Positions 62,322 to 64,000 of a DNA stretch of 64,000 nucleotides are shown piece by piece. A program made the translations under genes and the position numbers. Source of the DNA: Macrostomum lignano (lineage: Eukaryota); contig NIVC01001974.1 in the NCBI GenBank assembly GCA_002269645.1, forward strand, positions 153,002 through 217,001. Reading direction: 5' to 3'. A model generated the notes under the pieces. It saw only the letters and a program-made list of their open reading frames with translations. It had not been told where the DNA came from and did no database searches. Position 1 is the first letter of the stretch, and the number at the start of each line of letters is the position of its first letter.

Positions 62322-63218
62322 ATGGTGTCTAAGCAGCACTTTGCCGCAGTCCTGACCAGTCTGGCAGCCCTCACACTGTTGGCGGCCCTGACCAGCGGCC
62401 AGTCAGGCAAGTCCGAATTGCCAGACTGTCCCAGCAACGAGTCAGTTTGCAACGCTGTGCTGCACTTCCCGGACAGAATAGTGGATCAGGGCCGCTACTG
62501 CAACGGCTGCGTGAACTGCGCCCTACCGTCAGCTGAGTCGGACATTCCGGCCACTCTCGCCGCGATGTCCGACCGCAGCTTCTACTGGCAGCACTGGGAG
62601 GACCCCAACATGCGAGTGCAGTTCGTCAAGTGCAGCCCGATGCCCAAGCGAGCCAGGTGCAGCCTCGCCGACCAGAAACCGGCGGCGGTCTTTGCCAGCC
62701 CGATGTCCACCTGGAGTCCCCGGCTGCTGCAGCACCGCTGCAACTGCCCGGACGCCCAGTTCCAGCTGAGGTCCTGGCGGCCGGCCGAGAACGGCGCCGA
62801 CTGGCGCTACGACTTCCACTGCCACCTGCCTGTCTGCTCGGTGGCAACCGCCGACAGTAAAGGAACCGCTGCAGCTGGCCTCGACTCGACGAGTCGCGAT
62901 GCCGACGATGACGTTTGCGTTGTGAAACGTCGTGCCAGCGAGAATTCGCCATCCAGCGTGGAGTTCAAGTGCACCTGTCCGCCCGAGTATCACTGCGTTG
63001 TCAAGGAGGTTCAAACGAAGAAGCCGGCTTCAGAGCATCAGGGACACGCCGGCGGAGGCGGCGGTGGCGTCGGCGGCGGAGGAGACGGCGGAAGAGGCGG
63101 CAGCGGAGACGAGTCGGAATGGAGGGCCGACCCAGCGGGCGGCGGCAGATCAGCCGGCGAAGATGCCAGAAGACGCACCATCAGAGCGGGGCGAACTCGA
63201 CCACCGGGCATTGAGTGA
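62322..63218 (+). CDS. Secreted cysteine-rich protein with three repeated C..C..CxC..C modules and a low-complexity tail (298 aa as read)
   Basis: Features are an ATG preceded by A at -3, the signal peptide HFAAVLTSLAALTLLAALTSG, 15 Cys in three modules (CPSNESVC..CNGC; CS..RCNCP..FHC; CS..VC..KCTCPPEYHC) and GC-rich coding composition. Confidence 0.85.
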   Translation: MVSKQHFAAVLTSLAALTLLAALTSGQSGKSELPDCPSNESVCNAVLHFPDRIVDQGRYCNGCVNCALPSAESDIPATLAAMSDRSFYWQHWEDPNMRVQFVKCSPMPKRARCSLADQKPAAVFASPMSTWSPRLLQHRCNCPDAQFQLRSWRPAENGADWRYDFHCHLPVCSVATADSKGTAAAGLDSTSRDADDDVCVVKRRASENSPSSVEFKCTCPPEYHCVVKEVQTKKPASEHQGHAGGGGGGVGGGGDGGRGGSGDESEWRADPAGGGRSAGEDARRRTIRAGRTRPPGIE

Positions 63219-63219
63219 T

Positions 63220-64000
63220 TGGTTGAATGGTTGGTTAGCTGGTTTGATTTACCGATCAATTGGTTGGTTGACCGATTAATTGATTGGTTACTTGATTGAT
63301 CAATTGGGTTGATTGATTGATCAATTGGGTTGATTGATTGATCAATTGGGTTGATTGATTGATCAATTGGGTTGATTGGTCAATTGTGTTGATTGATTGA
63401 TCAATTGTGTTGATTGATTGATCAATTGTGTTGATTGATTGATCAATTGGGTTGATTGATTGATCAATTGGGTTGATTGATTGATCAATTGGGTTGATTG
63501 ATTGATTATAATGCCAAGTTGCTGACCGTCGTAATTGACCTTTATTCACCTTCATGCCCCCTTTTAGACGTATTAATTCTTTGAATACAGGTTTTTTAAG
63601 AGGTTTCAAGGATTGTGAGGCATCACTAATAATTAATTTATGGTGTTCATCGATAGTCTTACAGTTGTTAGTCAGCCATTGAATCAGTTAATTAATCATC
63701 ATTAAATCGATTAGTTCATCGTTCAATCTAGCTCGTACCAACGAACCAATTTATCAATCAATCAAAACTAACGTGTTTATCAGTGAATCAACCAACCAAT
63801 TGTTCAATCAATCAACAAACCAATTTATCAATCAATCAACTAACCAATCAATAAATAAATCAACACAATTGATAAATCAACCGACCAATTGATCAATCAA
63901 TCAACCCAATTGATCAATCAATCAACACAATTGATCAATCAATCAACCTAATTGATCAATCAATCAACCCAATTGATCAATCAATCAACCTAATTGATCA
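63220..64000. repeat. 21-bp (ttgattgattgatcaattggg) arrays in inverted orientation (63220-63510 and ~63770 to window end)
   Basis: The right array (aattgatcaatcaatcaaccc) is the reverse complement of the left. Confidence 0.9.

Overview
This is eukaryotic (metazoan) genomic DNA with spliceosomal introns. There is no prokaryotic operon structure, CRISPR array, rRNA or real tRNA gene. The heavy load of micro/minisatellites inside introns and the gene content suggest a free-living flatworm such as Macrostomum (inference, not verified). Eight protein-coding genes could be reconstructed by hand: cofactor-dependent phosphoglycerate mutase (+), an aminergic-like class A GPCR (+), an unrecognised leucine-rich multi-exon gene (+), a Shisa/WBP1-like single-pass PPxY protein (+), a neuroligin (-), a secreted C-type lectin/PAN protein (+), a BTB-NPH3 protein resembling the plant NPH3/RPT2 family (-, two 1-nt frameshifts) and a secreted Cys-rich protein (+). 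Mobile elements include an internally deleted Tc1/mariner element, two tRNA-derived SINE families, an RTE-like LINE fragment and a MITE-like hairpin. Most long ORFs in the supplied track are translations of tandem repeats. The most notable observations are four. (1) A plant-type BTB-NPH3 architecture in an intron-containing animal gene. (2) Intronic tandem arrays built from copies of the neighbouring splice site, one forming frame-compatible candidate micro-exons. (3) A nested antisense TATA/Inr promoter with MEF2/AP-1/CRE sites ahead of a 44-aa transmembrane micro-ORF. (4) CpG-stripped, TpA-rich hypermutated islands.
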